From an uncultured bacterium (GTDB lineage: Bacteria; CAZSTA01), in contig CAZSTA010000008.1 in assembly GCA_964609495.1 (NCBI GenBank), forward strand, positions 1-39,102: DNA of 39,102 nucleotides. Direction: 5' to 3'. This document shows positions 9,623-18,158 of this stretch, one piece after another. Position 1 is the first letter of the stretch, and every line of letters begins with the position of its first letter. The notes under the pieces are model-generated. The model made no database searches and was not told the DNA's origin. It worked only from the letters and a program-made list of their open reading frames with translations. A program made the translations under genes and the position numbers.

Positions 9623-10617
9623 TTGTTCATCATCTCCTTGACACCTTCACATTCGTTTATGAAATCGGTCAGTATTTTCTCTATAACTTCCACCTCGGTC
9701 TCTCGATAAATTCTAGCGCGCAATTTTGTCGCTTTAGGCATACCTTTAGTATAATATGCTAGATGTCCTCTCATCTTTCGAACTCCTATATATTCTCCCA
9801 TATACTCGACTAACAGTTTAAGGTGAAATATAGCCGTCTCTATCCTCTCTCGGATCGTCGGTTCTGGAGCTATCTCTGAGGTCTCTAAATAGTGGCTAGT
9901 TCTAGCGAATATCCAAGGGTTACCCAGTGCTCCTCGAGCGATCATAACTCCATCACAGCCCGTCTCTTCAAACATCGCCTTTGCCTCCTCGGGGGAGAAG
10001 ATATCTCCATTGCCGATCACAGGTATATCCATCGCTCTTTTAATCGCTTTGATTGAACCCCAATCGGCAGGAATCCCATAGCTTTCCATCGCCGTCCTGC
10101 CATGAATAGCGATAGCGGTTACTCCTGCCTCTTGAGCGATCTCACCTATCTGAATAGCATTCACATAATCATCATCCCAACCCTTACGAATCTTAACCGT
10201 TACTGGAACATCCGAGGACTCAACCACAGCCTCTATTATCTCCCTAGCCCTCGATGGATCCTTCATAAGAGCAACTCCTGCCCCATTTCTAACCACCTTT
10301 TTTACCGGACATCCCATATTTATATCTATTATATCTGGCTTATGGACAAGAACTACCTTAACTGCCCTAGCCATAATATCAGGGTCCGAGCCGAAGATCT
10401 GAACGCTGACAGGTCTTTCCTCTGGGGCGAATCTCAGGAGACGCTCACTTTTTTTACTATTATATATCAAGCCATTAGAGGAAAGCATCTCCGTCGAGAC
10501 TAGCTCACAGCCACTATTTTTCGCTAAATATCTGAAGGGTTGATCGGTATATCCAGCCATAGGAGCCAGGATAAGACCGTGTTTAAGCGTTATATCACCT
10601 ATTTTCATTTCTTTCAT
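9619..10617 (-). CDS. dusB: tRNA-dihydrouridine synthase B
   Basis: LAPMAGYTD, QIFGSDP, IDINMGCP, VTVKIRKGW, IHGRT, IGNGDI, GVMIARGALGNPW. Confidence 0.95.
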   Translation of the reverse strand: MKEMKIGDITLKHGLILAPMAGYTDQPFRYLAKNSGCELVSTEMLSSNGLIYNSKKSERLLRFAPEERPVSVQIFGSDPDIMARAVKVVLVHKPDIIDINMGCPVKKVVRNGAGVALMKDPSRAREIIEAVVESSDVPVTVKIRKGWDDDYVNAIQIGEIAQEAGVTAIAIHGRTAMESYGIPADWGSIKAIKRAMDIPVIGNGDIFSPEEAKAMFEETGCDGVMIARGALGNPWIFARTSHYLETSEIAPEPTIRERIETAIFHLKLLVEYMGEYIGVRKMRGHLAYYTKGMPKATKLRARIYRETEVEVIEKILTDFINECEGVKEMMNN

Positions 10618-11365
10618 ATATTATCCTCAATCCCTTTAAGGTTAGTAAGGGATCTATCTTATGCACCTTATCAGTCTCCCCTGCGATCAATTCTGCCAGA
10701 CCACCAGTGGCGATAACTTGAACCTCTCCCTCCAATTCCTGGCTCATCCTTTCGATGATTCCTTCTACTAAGCTGATGTATCCATACACTATACCAGATT
10801 GCACACTATGAATGGTGTTTCTACCTATAACTTCATCAGGCTTTATCAACTCCACCCTGGGTAATTTGGCGGCATATTGGAAGAGGGCTTCAGTTGAAAT
10901 CTGGATTCCAGGAGATATCGTTCCCCCCAGATAAACACCATCACGAGAGATCGCATCGAAGGTAGTTGCAGTGCCGAAATCCACGATGATCAAGGGTCCA
11001 CCATACTGTTGATAGCCAGCAACGGCGTTCACGATACGATCGGCTCCTACCTCCCTGGGATTCTCGCAGGCTATCTTTATATCGGTCTCAACTTTGTGAT
11101 CTATGATGATCGGCTTTAGACCGAAATATCTTGATGAGGCTTTCTCTAGTTCCCTTATGGCTGGAGGAACAACGCAAGAGATGATAATCGCCTTGATCTG
11201 GTTCATCTCGATTCCTTTGTGGGAAAATAGCGACACCCATATTACTCCATATTCATCCGCCATTCGATTACGATCGGTGAAGATCCGCCAGTGAGCAAGA
11301 AGCTCTCTATCCCTATACACTCCAAAGACTATATTAGTATTTCCTACATCAGTTGCTAATATCAT
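10595..11365 (-). CDS. coaX: Type III pantothenate kinase
   Basis: DVGNTNIV, SCVVP, VGADRIVN, VDFGTATTFD, GGTISPG, IATGG, LTLKGL. Confidence 0.96.
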   Translation of the reverse strand: MILATDVGNTNIVFGVYRDRELLAHWRIFTDRNRMADEYGVIWVSLFSHKGIEMNQIKAIIISCVVPPAIRELEKASSRYFGLKPIIIDHKVETDIKIACENPREVGADRIVNAVAGYQQYGGPLIIVDFGTATTFDAISRDGVYLGGTISPGIQISTEALFQYAAKLPRVELIKPDEVIGRNTIHSVQSGIVYGYISLVEGIIERMSQELEGEVQVIATGGLAELIAGETDKVHKIDPLLTLKGLRIIYERNENR

Positions 11366-11485
11366 AAACTTTTTCCTCCCCTTTTCGGAAATTTAAAGCT
11401 CGATCACCACGAGTAGGAGAAGTTGTATCGCTTATAGCAATCAAGCTCTTGTAATTCCTTTTCGATATCCCTAATTATTTATAAT

Positions 11486-11720
11486 TTAACTTTCCTCCAG
11501 CACCTCTCTGGTGACTCGAAGTAGATCCGACAACATATAAGGTTTCTCCAGAAAACGATATCCCCTTTCTTGAATGATTCGCAAATCCGTCGTTCCGTCA
11601 GTATATCCACTGGTGAACAGATCTCACGAAGTATCCTTTCGGTAAGGACTCTCACCGCTTCTTCATCCTCTACAACTAGAATTCTCTCTCCCTTGCCTTG
11701 ATACTCCTTGATTGAATCGC
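11486..11720 (-). pseudogene. Decayed receiver (REC) domain formerly fused to the upstream kinase
   Basis: Out-of-frame GKGERILVVEDEEAVRVLTERILRE, then in a third frame LFTSGYTD...FLEKPYMLSDLLRVTREVLEES*. The central part holding the phospho-Asp is missing. Confidence 0.85.
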
Positions 11721-13642
11721 TCTCTCCCTTCTTCCTCTAGCTCTGGGGAAATGGCTGGGAGGTAAATCCTGAAAGTTGAGCCATGTCCAAGTTGACTCTC
11801 GACATCGATCCATCCCTCGTGCTGATCTATGATCCCATATGCTACAGAGAGACCGAGACCAGTGCCTTTTCCAGGTCCCTTCGTGCTGAAGAACGGCTCA
11901 AATATACGAGACATAGTCTCACTGTCCATTCCCACTCCCACATCCTTAACCGATAGACAGACGAACTTCCCGGGACGAGCGTAACTGTGAGTCTTACAGT
12001 AATCCTCATCTACATACACATTCTCGGTCCTGATGATGATCTCTCCTCCTTCTGGCATAGCATCCCGAGCGTTGATCACCAGATTCATAATCACCTGCTC
12101 GATATGGCCGGCATCAGCATTGATAGTCCAGAGAGCCACAGTAAGTTCACTGATAATAGAGAAGTTCTCACTAACAAGCCGATTGAGCATCTTGAGCAAA
12201 TTCGAGACAACCTCGTTGAGATCAAGGGGGATGGAGTCCACCGGTTGTCGTCGGCTGAATAGAAGCAATTGACGCGTGAGATCAGATGCTCGGAGGGAAA
12301 TATTATGAATCTCTTCGAAGAGGTCTTGATAATCTGAGTCACCCTTTGGAAGCCCCATTAAGCCCACCTCGGAGTATCCCCGAATGGCTGTCAGCAGATT
12401 GTTGAAGTCGTGTGCCACTTCGCCAGCCAGTATTCCAAAAGCTTCCATTCTCTGGGCATGGAGGAGCTGAGCTTGGATCTCTTCTTTCTCTTCCTCCGCC
12501 TGCTTGCGCTCGGTGATTTCCTGTTGAAGTTGTTCATTAATCCTTCTTAGTTCGGCTGTGCGCTCTTCTACTAGCTCCTTAAGGTGATCACGGTGTCTCC
12601 TCAATTCTTCCTCTATCCGCTTGCGCTCGGTTAAGTCTCTTCCAATATAAACGATACCCTGTTGTTTGCCATCCTTATTACGCACCACAGACACCGACAG
12701 GGAGACAGAGACTTTTATCCCATTTTTTGTCTTTAAACTTATCTCAAAATCTTTGATAGAGCCGGTTCGGTTCAGCTCCTCACCAGCTTTTTCCTCCTCT
12801 TCGGCAACGATAATTTCAAACGGCTGACCAATTAATTCTTCTTCTTCATATCCAAGAAGTTTTAATGTCGCTTGATTAACCTCTTGTATTGTTCCGTCCG
12901 GACTGACCAAGAACAGGGCATCTGACATAGTAGAAATAATATTTTCTCCTGCAGTTGCCGGAGAAAGAGAAAAGAGCTGATATCTCCAAATCGCATACCC
13001 AACAACAATAATTCCAAAAAGAAATTCAAGTGAGAATAAATCTGGGCTTCTGATTCCGAAGGATGGGAGCAATCCTTCGGTAGTGGAAGACAATACCACA
13101 GGGAAGAAGAAACCTATTGTTACGTACTTAGCCTGTTGTTTCTTGATGGGATCAGTCACTTTTAAGTAATATCGAAAGCATAAATATACTGATAAAAACC
13201 CCATACCAGCACTCCAAACCACAAGTAAAACTCGTGCTGGACCTTCGACGATGTGGTATGTCCAACCCCAATATTCCTTTATTGGTCCCTTTGCTATCAG
13301 ATCTGTAGTCAGAATCAGAATAGAGAACACTAATGCTGGGAAATAGATCGGAATATAGATCAATTTATTTTTAAGCTCTTTCTCTGTAAAAATCAGCACG
13401 AAATGAAATAGAACAGATATTAAGAGGGGCCAGAAAGAAGCAATTTTCATCCACAAAAAAGCTGTATAATAGTCACCCGCCTGACGATATACAAATTCGT
13501 TAAATGTCATATAGCTAATTAATATGCTCAATAACATATGAGTCTTGTTTAATTTATTTTTAGGATCTTTATAATAAACAAAGTTTCCAAAAAAGATAGA
13601 AATCACTGAAACAAGTAGTGATGATAAAGAATAAAAGTTCAT
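11663..13642 (-). CDS. Membrane sensor histidine kinase (7TM N-terminus, PAS, HisKA, HATPase) truncated before its REC domain
   Basis: Seven hydrophobic segments; PAS (VNQATLKLLGYEEEELIGQ); H-box AHDFNNLL; N-box NLVINARDAM; G-boxes DVGVGM, FEPFFSTK, GTGLGLS. Confidence 0.92.
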   Translation of the reverse strand: MNFYSLSSLLVSVISIFFGNFVYYKDPKNKLNKTHMLLSILISYMTFNEFVYRQAGDYYTAFLWMKIASFWPLLISVLFHFVLIFTEKELKNKLIYIPIYFPALVFSILILTTDLIAKGPIKEYWGWTYHIVEGPARVLLVVWSAGMGFLSVYLCFRYYLKVTDPIKKQQAKYVTIGFFFPVVLSSTTEGLLPSFGIRSPDLFSLEFLFGIIVVGYAIWRYQLFSLSPATAGENIISTMSDALFLVSPDGTIQEVNQATLKLLGYEEEELIGQPFEIIVAEEEEKAGEELNRTGSIKDFEISLKTKNGIKVSVSLSVSVVRNKDGKQQGIVYIGRDLTERKRIEEELRRHRDHLKELVEERTAELRRINEQLQQEITERKQAEEEKEEIQAQLLHAQRMEAFGILAGEVAHDFNNLLTAIRGYSEVGLMGLPKGDSDYQDLFEEIHNISLRASDLTRQLLLFSRRQPVDSIPLDLNEVVSNLLKMLNRLVSENFSIISELTVALWTINADAGHIEQVIMNLVINARDAMPEGGEIIIRTENVYVDEDYCKTHSYARPGKFVCLSVKDVGVGMDSETMSRIFEPFFSTKGPGKGTGLGLSVAYGIIDQHEGWIDVESQLGHGSTFRIYLPAISPELEEEGRERFNQGVSRQGRENSSCRG

Positions 13643-13794
13643 TTTACTTCCTCGCTATGAACTGATCAGGGACAGTCTGTCCTGATAAAGACTTACAGCG
13701 TATCGATATCGGCTTCCGCTATTATCTTGACATTCTCGCACTTAGCATTATGTAGGGAGATGTAGTCGTTCTACTATCTTCTTACAAACTCCAA

Positions 13795-14529
13795 TTACTC
13801 CTTTTCCTCTTCTTCCTCCTCGATTATGAAGGTTATGCCAACCTCTTCACCAGCTTCGCCTTTTTCCGCCTCTATCCAATCCTCTTTCAAGGATATAATT
13901 ATCTCCCCAGCGCTGATCTCGTTATCTCCTTGTTTCACCATCGCATTATCTATAAGAGTTAGCTTCTCATCCTTATCGGAGTAGATCGCCTTATCACCAC
14001 TGGCGGTTGTATCCTCCTCGGTAAATTTGACATTTCCAGTCGCGCTGAGGTCCTGAGTCTCGATATTAATATCCATCTGATCCGAGGCGACAGTCATCTT
14101 CTTCTTAGTAGGAGTTCCGCCTTCTTCCTCTGGTTCAACCTCTCTTTCCCTTTCCAGAAGGACATTTCCGGTGATCACTACTCTATCCTCCTTAAAATAG
14201 TAATCTAAGGCCTCTCCAGTTATGACAACATTTGGCTGAATAAGTCTTATGTTGCCTTCTGCATGAGCCACTTCCTTCTTCTCAACAGAAAGCTGATCGG
14301 AGTAGAGAGTAGTATCTCCTTGCACTAGTTCCACCGGATTACCAGTGTATATCTGGGTATCTGCCTCTCGATCCCATTTGAATTTATCCGCTTTTATATT
14401 TACTGTCTTCGGTTTTTTCTCTTCTGGAAGAGCTTCTTGATCTTCCTGAGCCCAGATAATTGCATTATTTATTCCTATAATAAGGATGTTAATGAGAAAG
14501 AAAGCTACAATTACCTTAGATTTTGTCAT
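13795..14529 (-). CDS. lptA: LptA/OstA family periplasmic beta-jellyroll protein
   Basis: Signal peptide; VNIKADK, YTGNPVELVQGD, AEGNIRL, ITGNV, ATGNVKF, ASGDKAIY, AMVKQGDNEISAGEI form two OstA-like units. Confidence 0.8.
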   Translation of the reverse strand: MTKSKVIVAFFLINILIIGINNAIIWAQEDQEALPEEKKPKTVNIKADKFKWDREADTQIYTGNPVELVQGDTTLYSDQLSVEKKEVAHAEGNIRLIQPNVVITGEALDYYFKEDRVVITGNVLLEREREVEPEEEGGTPTKKKMTVASDQMDINIETQDLSATGNVKFTEEDTTASGDKAIYSDKDEKLTLIDNAMVKQGDNEISAGEIIISLKEDWIEAEKGEAGEEVGITFIIEEEEEEKE

Positions 14530-14653
14530 AACGACCTCCTTGAAATTCGAGCTTTAATATTAGTCGAATGGTGCATTAAAAATCGATTATGCTTTACTTA
14601 TACGAAGTATAGACTTAATAGGGGAGTTAGAATTAGGATATTGAACTACTTTA

Positions 14654-14682
14654 ATATTAACAGAAGTAGCGAGATTTTGCAA
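14654..14682 (-). promoter_or_regulatory. Putative sigma70 promoter for lptA
   Basis: Minus strand TTGCAA-N17-TAATAT with TG just upstream of the -10 box. Confidence 0.5.
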
Positions 14683-14714
14683 GGGAAAATTTTGTTTTTG
14701 ATCTTCAAACTAAC

Positions 14715-14743
14715 TTGACAGCTTGAATCTTTTAGGTTATAAT
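14715..14743 (+). promoter_or_regulatory. Consensus sigma70 promoter for the lipoprotein cluster
   Basis: Exact TTGACA-N17-TATAAT, ending 58 nt before the TTG start at 14802. Confidence 0.85.
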
Positions 14744-14801
14744 TAGGTAACGAGATAATATTAAGTTTCCGATACAGCTTTGGGGCATAGGAGGGATAGA
14801 A

Positions 14802-16133
14802 TTGATTAAGCTTAATAAATTTTTAGTATTAGTTTCACTAGGGAGCATACTATTTTTGGCTCTATTTGCGCTTGGTTGTGATTTAGATAAGTTAATAAAT
14901 CCAGAGGCCGATATTCGCTTAATAGCGATCAAGGATTCTTCGGGAGCTAATACGATATCCTCGGTAACTTCAGCGGAGGTAGCGACAGGGACTGATATGG
15001 TGCAGTTCGTCTTTGAGGCCAGACCAAATAGCATCGGGGCTACCTTAGATCGCTATCGAGTCGAATACTATGATGATCAAGGACGTGGAATAACCTCGCT
15101 CACCCGAGAGAGAAGCACTTCCGTTACTATCGGCCCCTCGATCGGGACCGATGACAAGGGGGATCCCATCATTGGTACTGGTAGCGTTTTGGTCGATATT
15201 GCCGACTCTACGGTGTTGAACTATGGTCGAGAGAATCTCCTGAGAGAGATAAGGACTGTTTTCATCTTCTCTGGAGTAGATACTAACGGACATCGAATAG
15301 ATAACATTACTGGCTCCATTCCTATCGTTTTCGTGGAATCTCCTCCTCTGGCTCCGAAATTAGTGAGTCCTGAAGATAACGCGGTAGTAGGAATCAATCC
15401 TATCTTCATTTGGAGCGCCTCTCAGATCGATCCCGAATATCTGGCAGGATATGTATTAGATATTTATACTGAAGAGGGAATTCTAATCCTTTCTGCGACG
15501 ATAGAGAAAGATATACTCAATTTCGCTACAGAGGAGGAATTTTTAGTTTATGGGCAGAGCTACAAGTGGAGAGTAGGAGCAGTTAGTAGCTTCAGTTATC
15601 CTACAACTTTCAGTGAATTTCGTCACTTCAGGGTCGCCGATGCGGTACCTATATTGGTAGATGTGGAGTTGTTGTCCCCCTCCGATGGAGCCAACTATAG
15701 AGGGGAAAGGCCGAGTCCAATTGACCCGCTGCTGGGGCAACAGCAATATTCCACTATCGATGTAGAGTTCGTCTGGAAGGTCACTGTTACGGGAACAGGA
15801 GCAGATCCCGGTAATCTGAGATATATATGGGAATTGAAGGAATGGAAAAGCAATTATCTGATGGCGAATAAAGAGGTAACTACCCTGAAATATATTTGGC
15901 ATCACGAAAATGGTTTCTGGGAGTATGTAGGTGGGGGCAGGAATGCTATAAAATGTGTTGAAGGCGATCCTATCTGCGACTGCGAGGGCGATCCTAATAA
16001 GAGGTGCGATGATCCCTCTAAAAATGTGGCTGCCCATTATTTCTATCTGGAGTGGAAGGTCAAGGCTATAGATGATAATAATAATATAGTGGGAGTGAGC
16101 CCTGCTTATAAACTAACGGTTGCGATGCCTTAG
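14802..16133 (+). CDS. Hypothetical lipoprotein with Ig/FN3-like beta domains and a Cys-containing C-terminal insert
   Basis: Lipobox FALGC; APKLVSPEDN...PIFIWS...YKWRVGAV and VELLSPSDGA...FVWKV...WKVKAID modules; four Cys in CVEGDPICDCEGDPNKRC. Confidence 0.75.
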   Translation: MIKLNKFLVLVSLGSILFLALFALGCDLDKLINPEADIRLIAIKDSSGANTISSVTSAEVATGTDMVQFVFEARPNSIGATLDRYRVEYYDDQGRGITSLTRERSTSVTIGPSIGTDDKGDPIIGTGSVLVDIADSTVLNYGRENLLREIRTVFIFSGVDTNGHRIDNITGSIPIVFVESPPLAPKLVSPEDNAVVGINPIFIWSASQIDPEYLAGYVLDIYTEEGILILSATIEKDILNFATEEEFLVYGQSYKWRVGAVSSFSYPTTFSEFRHFRVADAVPILVDVELLSPSDGANYRGERPSPIDPLLGQQQYSTIDVEFVWKVTVTGTGADPGNLRYIWELKEWKSNYLMANKEVTTLKYIWHHENGFWEYVGGGRNAIKCVEGDPICDCEGDPNKRCDDPSKNVAAHYFYLEWKVKAIDDNNNIVGVSPAYKLTVAMP

Positions 16134-16154
16134 AAATTTGAGCGAGGAGACCTT

Positions 16155-17183
16155 ATGAATGAACATTTGAAGATCATAATCTTCATACTCTTAGGAATTG
16201 CCTTGATATTCGGTGGATGCGAGGAAGAAGAAGAACCGACCCCTACCCCTAGCCCAAGCACTATATCAGGGACAGTTAAGGACAAGGGGACGGATGAGCC
16301 CTTAGTTTCTGCAAAAGTGGTGATAATTGGATCCACTATGGAGGCAACTACCGATGATGAAGGTAAATATATATTCTCCACCGTATCGGCTGGTACTTAT
16401 ACTTTAGAGGCTAGATACGAGGGATATAAATCTGGGGTTCGAATCGTTCCCATATCTAAGGAAACTGATGTCCTTGACCAAGATTTTTATCTAACTGATA
16501 CGGAAGAGATAAAGGTCTTCCAGAACGGGTATTACCCGGATGACAAATATAAGGGGAGCAGTGCTGTCCACATCCTTTCTGCTAAGAGTGATACTAACTA
16601 TTCAGGGAGGGAATCGTTTTGGGTGGGGGAGTTTTCAACCTCTATTATTCCCCTGGATGAATATCGGGTGGGAATAAAAAAGATAATTCCGCTTGAGGAA
16701 TTGAAACAATATCGAGGCTTAGTCAAGTTCGATCTAAGTAGGATTCCCTCCTCGCCACCCAAGAAGGTTCTCTCAGCAACTCTTTTTCTCAAAGTTGCTG
16801 ATTTTATTGGTTCAAGCTCTGATTTGATTCTAAAACTGCACAAGATCACTAGATCGTGGCAGACCGAAAGTGTTACTTGGAATACCTATGATGGGAGTAA
16901 TAAATGGACTACTCCCGGAGGTGATTTTCTAAGTGAGCCGCTGACTTCACCTCATCTTCCCGTGGGCCCGAGCGATGTTGGTCGCTGGTTACAGTGGGAG
17001 TTACCACCCTCCGTAGTCGAGGATTGGATAAATGGTTCATCCTCCAATTATGGATTCATAATCCTAGCCAAGCGGGAGGAGGGTGGGGCTGCCCTAGATG
17101 AAGGGATCGCCTTCAAAAGCGATAGTTACCCCTATTCAGCCTCGGAGAGGCCAAAATTAGTGATAAGGTTCTATGAGCCGTAG
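16155..17183 (+). CDS. Lipoprotein with carboxypeptidase-regulatory-like and DNRLRE/CBM96-like domains
   Basis: Lipobox IFGGC; TISGTVKD...TTDDEGKYIF...GTYTLEA; RGLVKFDLSRIP...SATLFL...VTWN...WTTPGGDF...NYGFII...RPKLVI; RBS GAGGAG. Confidence 0.82.
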   Translation: MNEHLKIIIFILLGIALIFGGCEEEEEPTPTPSPSTISGTVKDKGTDEPLVSAKVVIIGSTMEATTDDEGKYIFSTVSAGTYTLEARYEGYKSGVRIVPISKETDVLDQDFYLTDTEEIKVFQNGYYPDDKYKGSSAVHILSAKSDTNYSGRESFWVGEFSTSIIPLDEYRVGIKKIIPLEELKQYRGLVKFDLSRIPSSPPKKVLSATLFLKVADFIGSSSDLILKLHKITRSWQTESVTWNTYDGSNKWTTPGGDFLSEPLTSPHLPVGPSDVGRWLQWELPPSVVEDWINGSSSNYGFIILAKREEGGAALDEGIAFKSDSYPYSASERPKLVIRFYEP

Positions 17184-18084
17184 AAATTGGTTAATTGGTA
17201 TAAGTTCGATTGTCTTTCTTCTGTTATATACCTCCTATGTCCATTCCAGCGAGGTTGACCATTGGCAAAGAGGTATAGACTATTACGATAAGGGCAACTA
17301 TAAAAGAGCTCAAAGGGAATTCGAGGTTGCCCTATTGCAGAATCCGTCTAGCCCTTCCCTTCTCACCTACTTAGGGCTGGCGAACTATAAGCAAGACGAG
17401 ATCGACAAAGCCATCGCGATCTTTAATAGGGCTTTAGCGATAGATCCCGATTATATCTGGGCTCTGAACGCCAGAGGATATATGCATCAGTTGAAGGGAG
17501 ATTTTCATAACGCCTCGACCGATTATCACCGGGCGCTTCAGATCTTTCCTGAATTCCTCGGTGCCCGAATCAACTTGGCTGATCTTTTCAGGAGACAAGG
17601 CCGCTTCAAGAAAGCCCTGGAAAATTACGAGATAGCTTTGAAGATCAAGCCCGATGAAATATATATCCTTAATTGGATGGGGATAATCTATTCCATACTA
17701 GGAGACTATCCCCGAGCGGAAGAAACCTTCAAAGAGATAATCGAGATCAACCAGGTCAGCATCGAGGCCATCCTCGCTGAGAGGTTGAAGGGACATATCC
17801 TCTCCTCAGAGTATATGAATAGCAGAGAAGAAGATCAAGCAGATAGATCCAGAAAAGAGGGGAACATAGATAGAGCGATCGAGGAGTATAAGAGGAGGAT
17901 AGCCCAAAACGAGAAAGACGCAGATGCATACTTTTGGCTCGGCTTGATCTATGCAGTTCAGGAGATAAATGATGAGGCCATCCTTCACCTTAACCGAGTG
18001 ATAGAGTTGCAACCTCGAGGTCAGGATGTCCCATTTATAAAAGATCTAATAATATTCATTCGTATAGCTGAGAAATTCGGCTAA
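17173..18084 (+). CDS. Exported tetratricopeptide repeat protein
   Basis: Signal peptide and several TPR units (LGLANYKQDEIDKAIAIFNRALAIDP, AYFWLGLIY...VIELQP). Confidence 0.88.
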   Translation: MSRRNWLIGISSIVFLLLYTSYVHSSEVDHWQRGIDYYDKGNYKRAQREFEVALLQNPSSPSLLTYLGLANYKQDEIDKAIAIFNRALAIDPDYIWALNARGYMHQLKGDFHNASTDYHRALQIFPEFLGARINLADLFRRQGRFKKALENYEIALKIKPDEIYILNWMGIIYSILGDYPRAEETFKEIIEINQVSIEAILAERLKGHILSSEYMNSREEDQADRSRKEGNIDRAIEEYKRRIAQNEKDADAYFWLGLIYAVQEINDEAILHLNRVIELQPRGQDVPFIKDLIIFIRIAEKFG

Positions 18085-18094
18085 ATTATCAAAT

Positions 18095-18119
18095 ATAGGA
18101 GGGGAGGATTCCTCTCCCT
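18095..18119 (+). repeat. 33-bp palindromic element, internally deleted intergenic copy
   Basis: ATAGGAGGGGAGGATTCCTCTCCCT, with the same AAAT left flank as the 8685 copy. Confidence 0.7.
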
Positions 18120-18158
18120 CCGGCAAAAGTTTCCTAATTGAAAAGTGGGTGATGGAAA

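Noticed and set aside
13666-13686. Imperfect palindrome ATCAGGGACAG-T-CTGTCCTGAT upstream of the kinase
   Set aside because: Single bulged occurrence with no supporting context.
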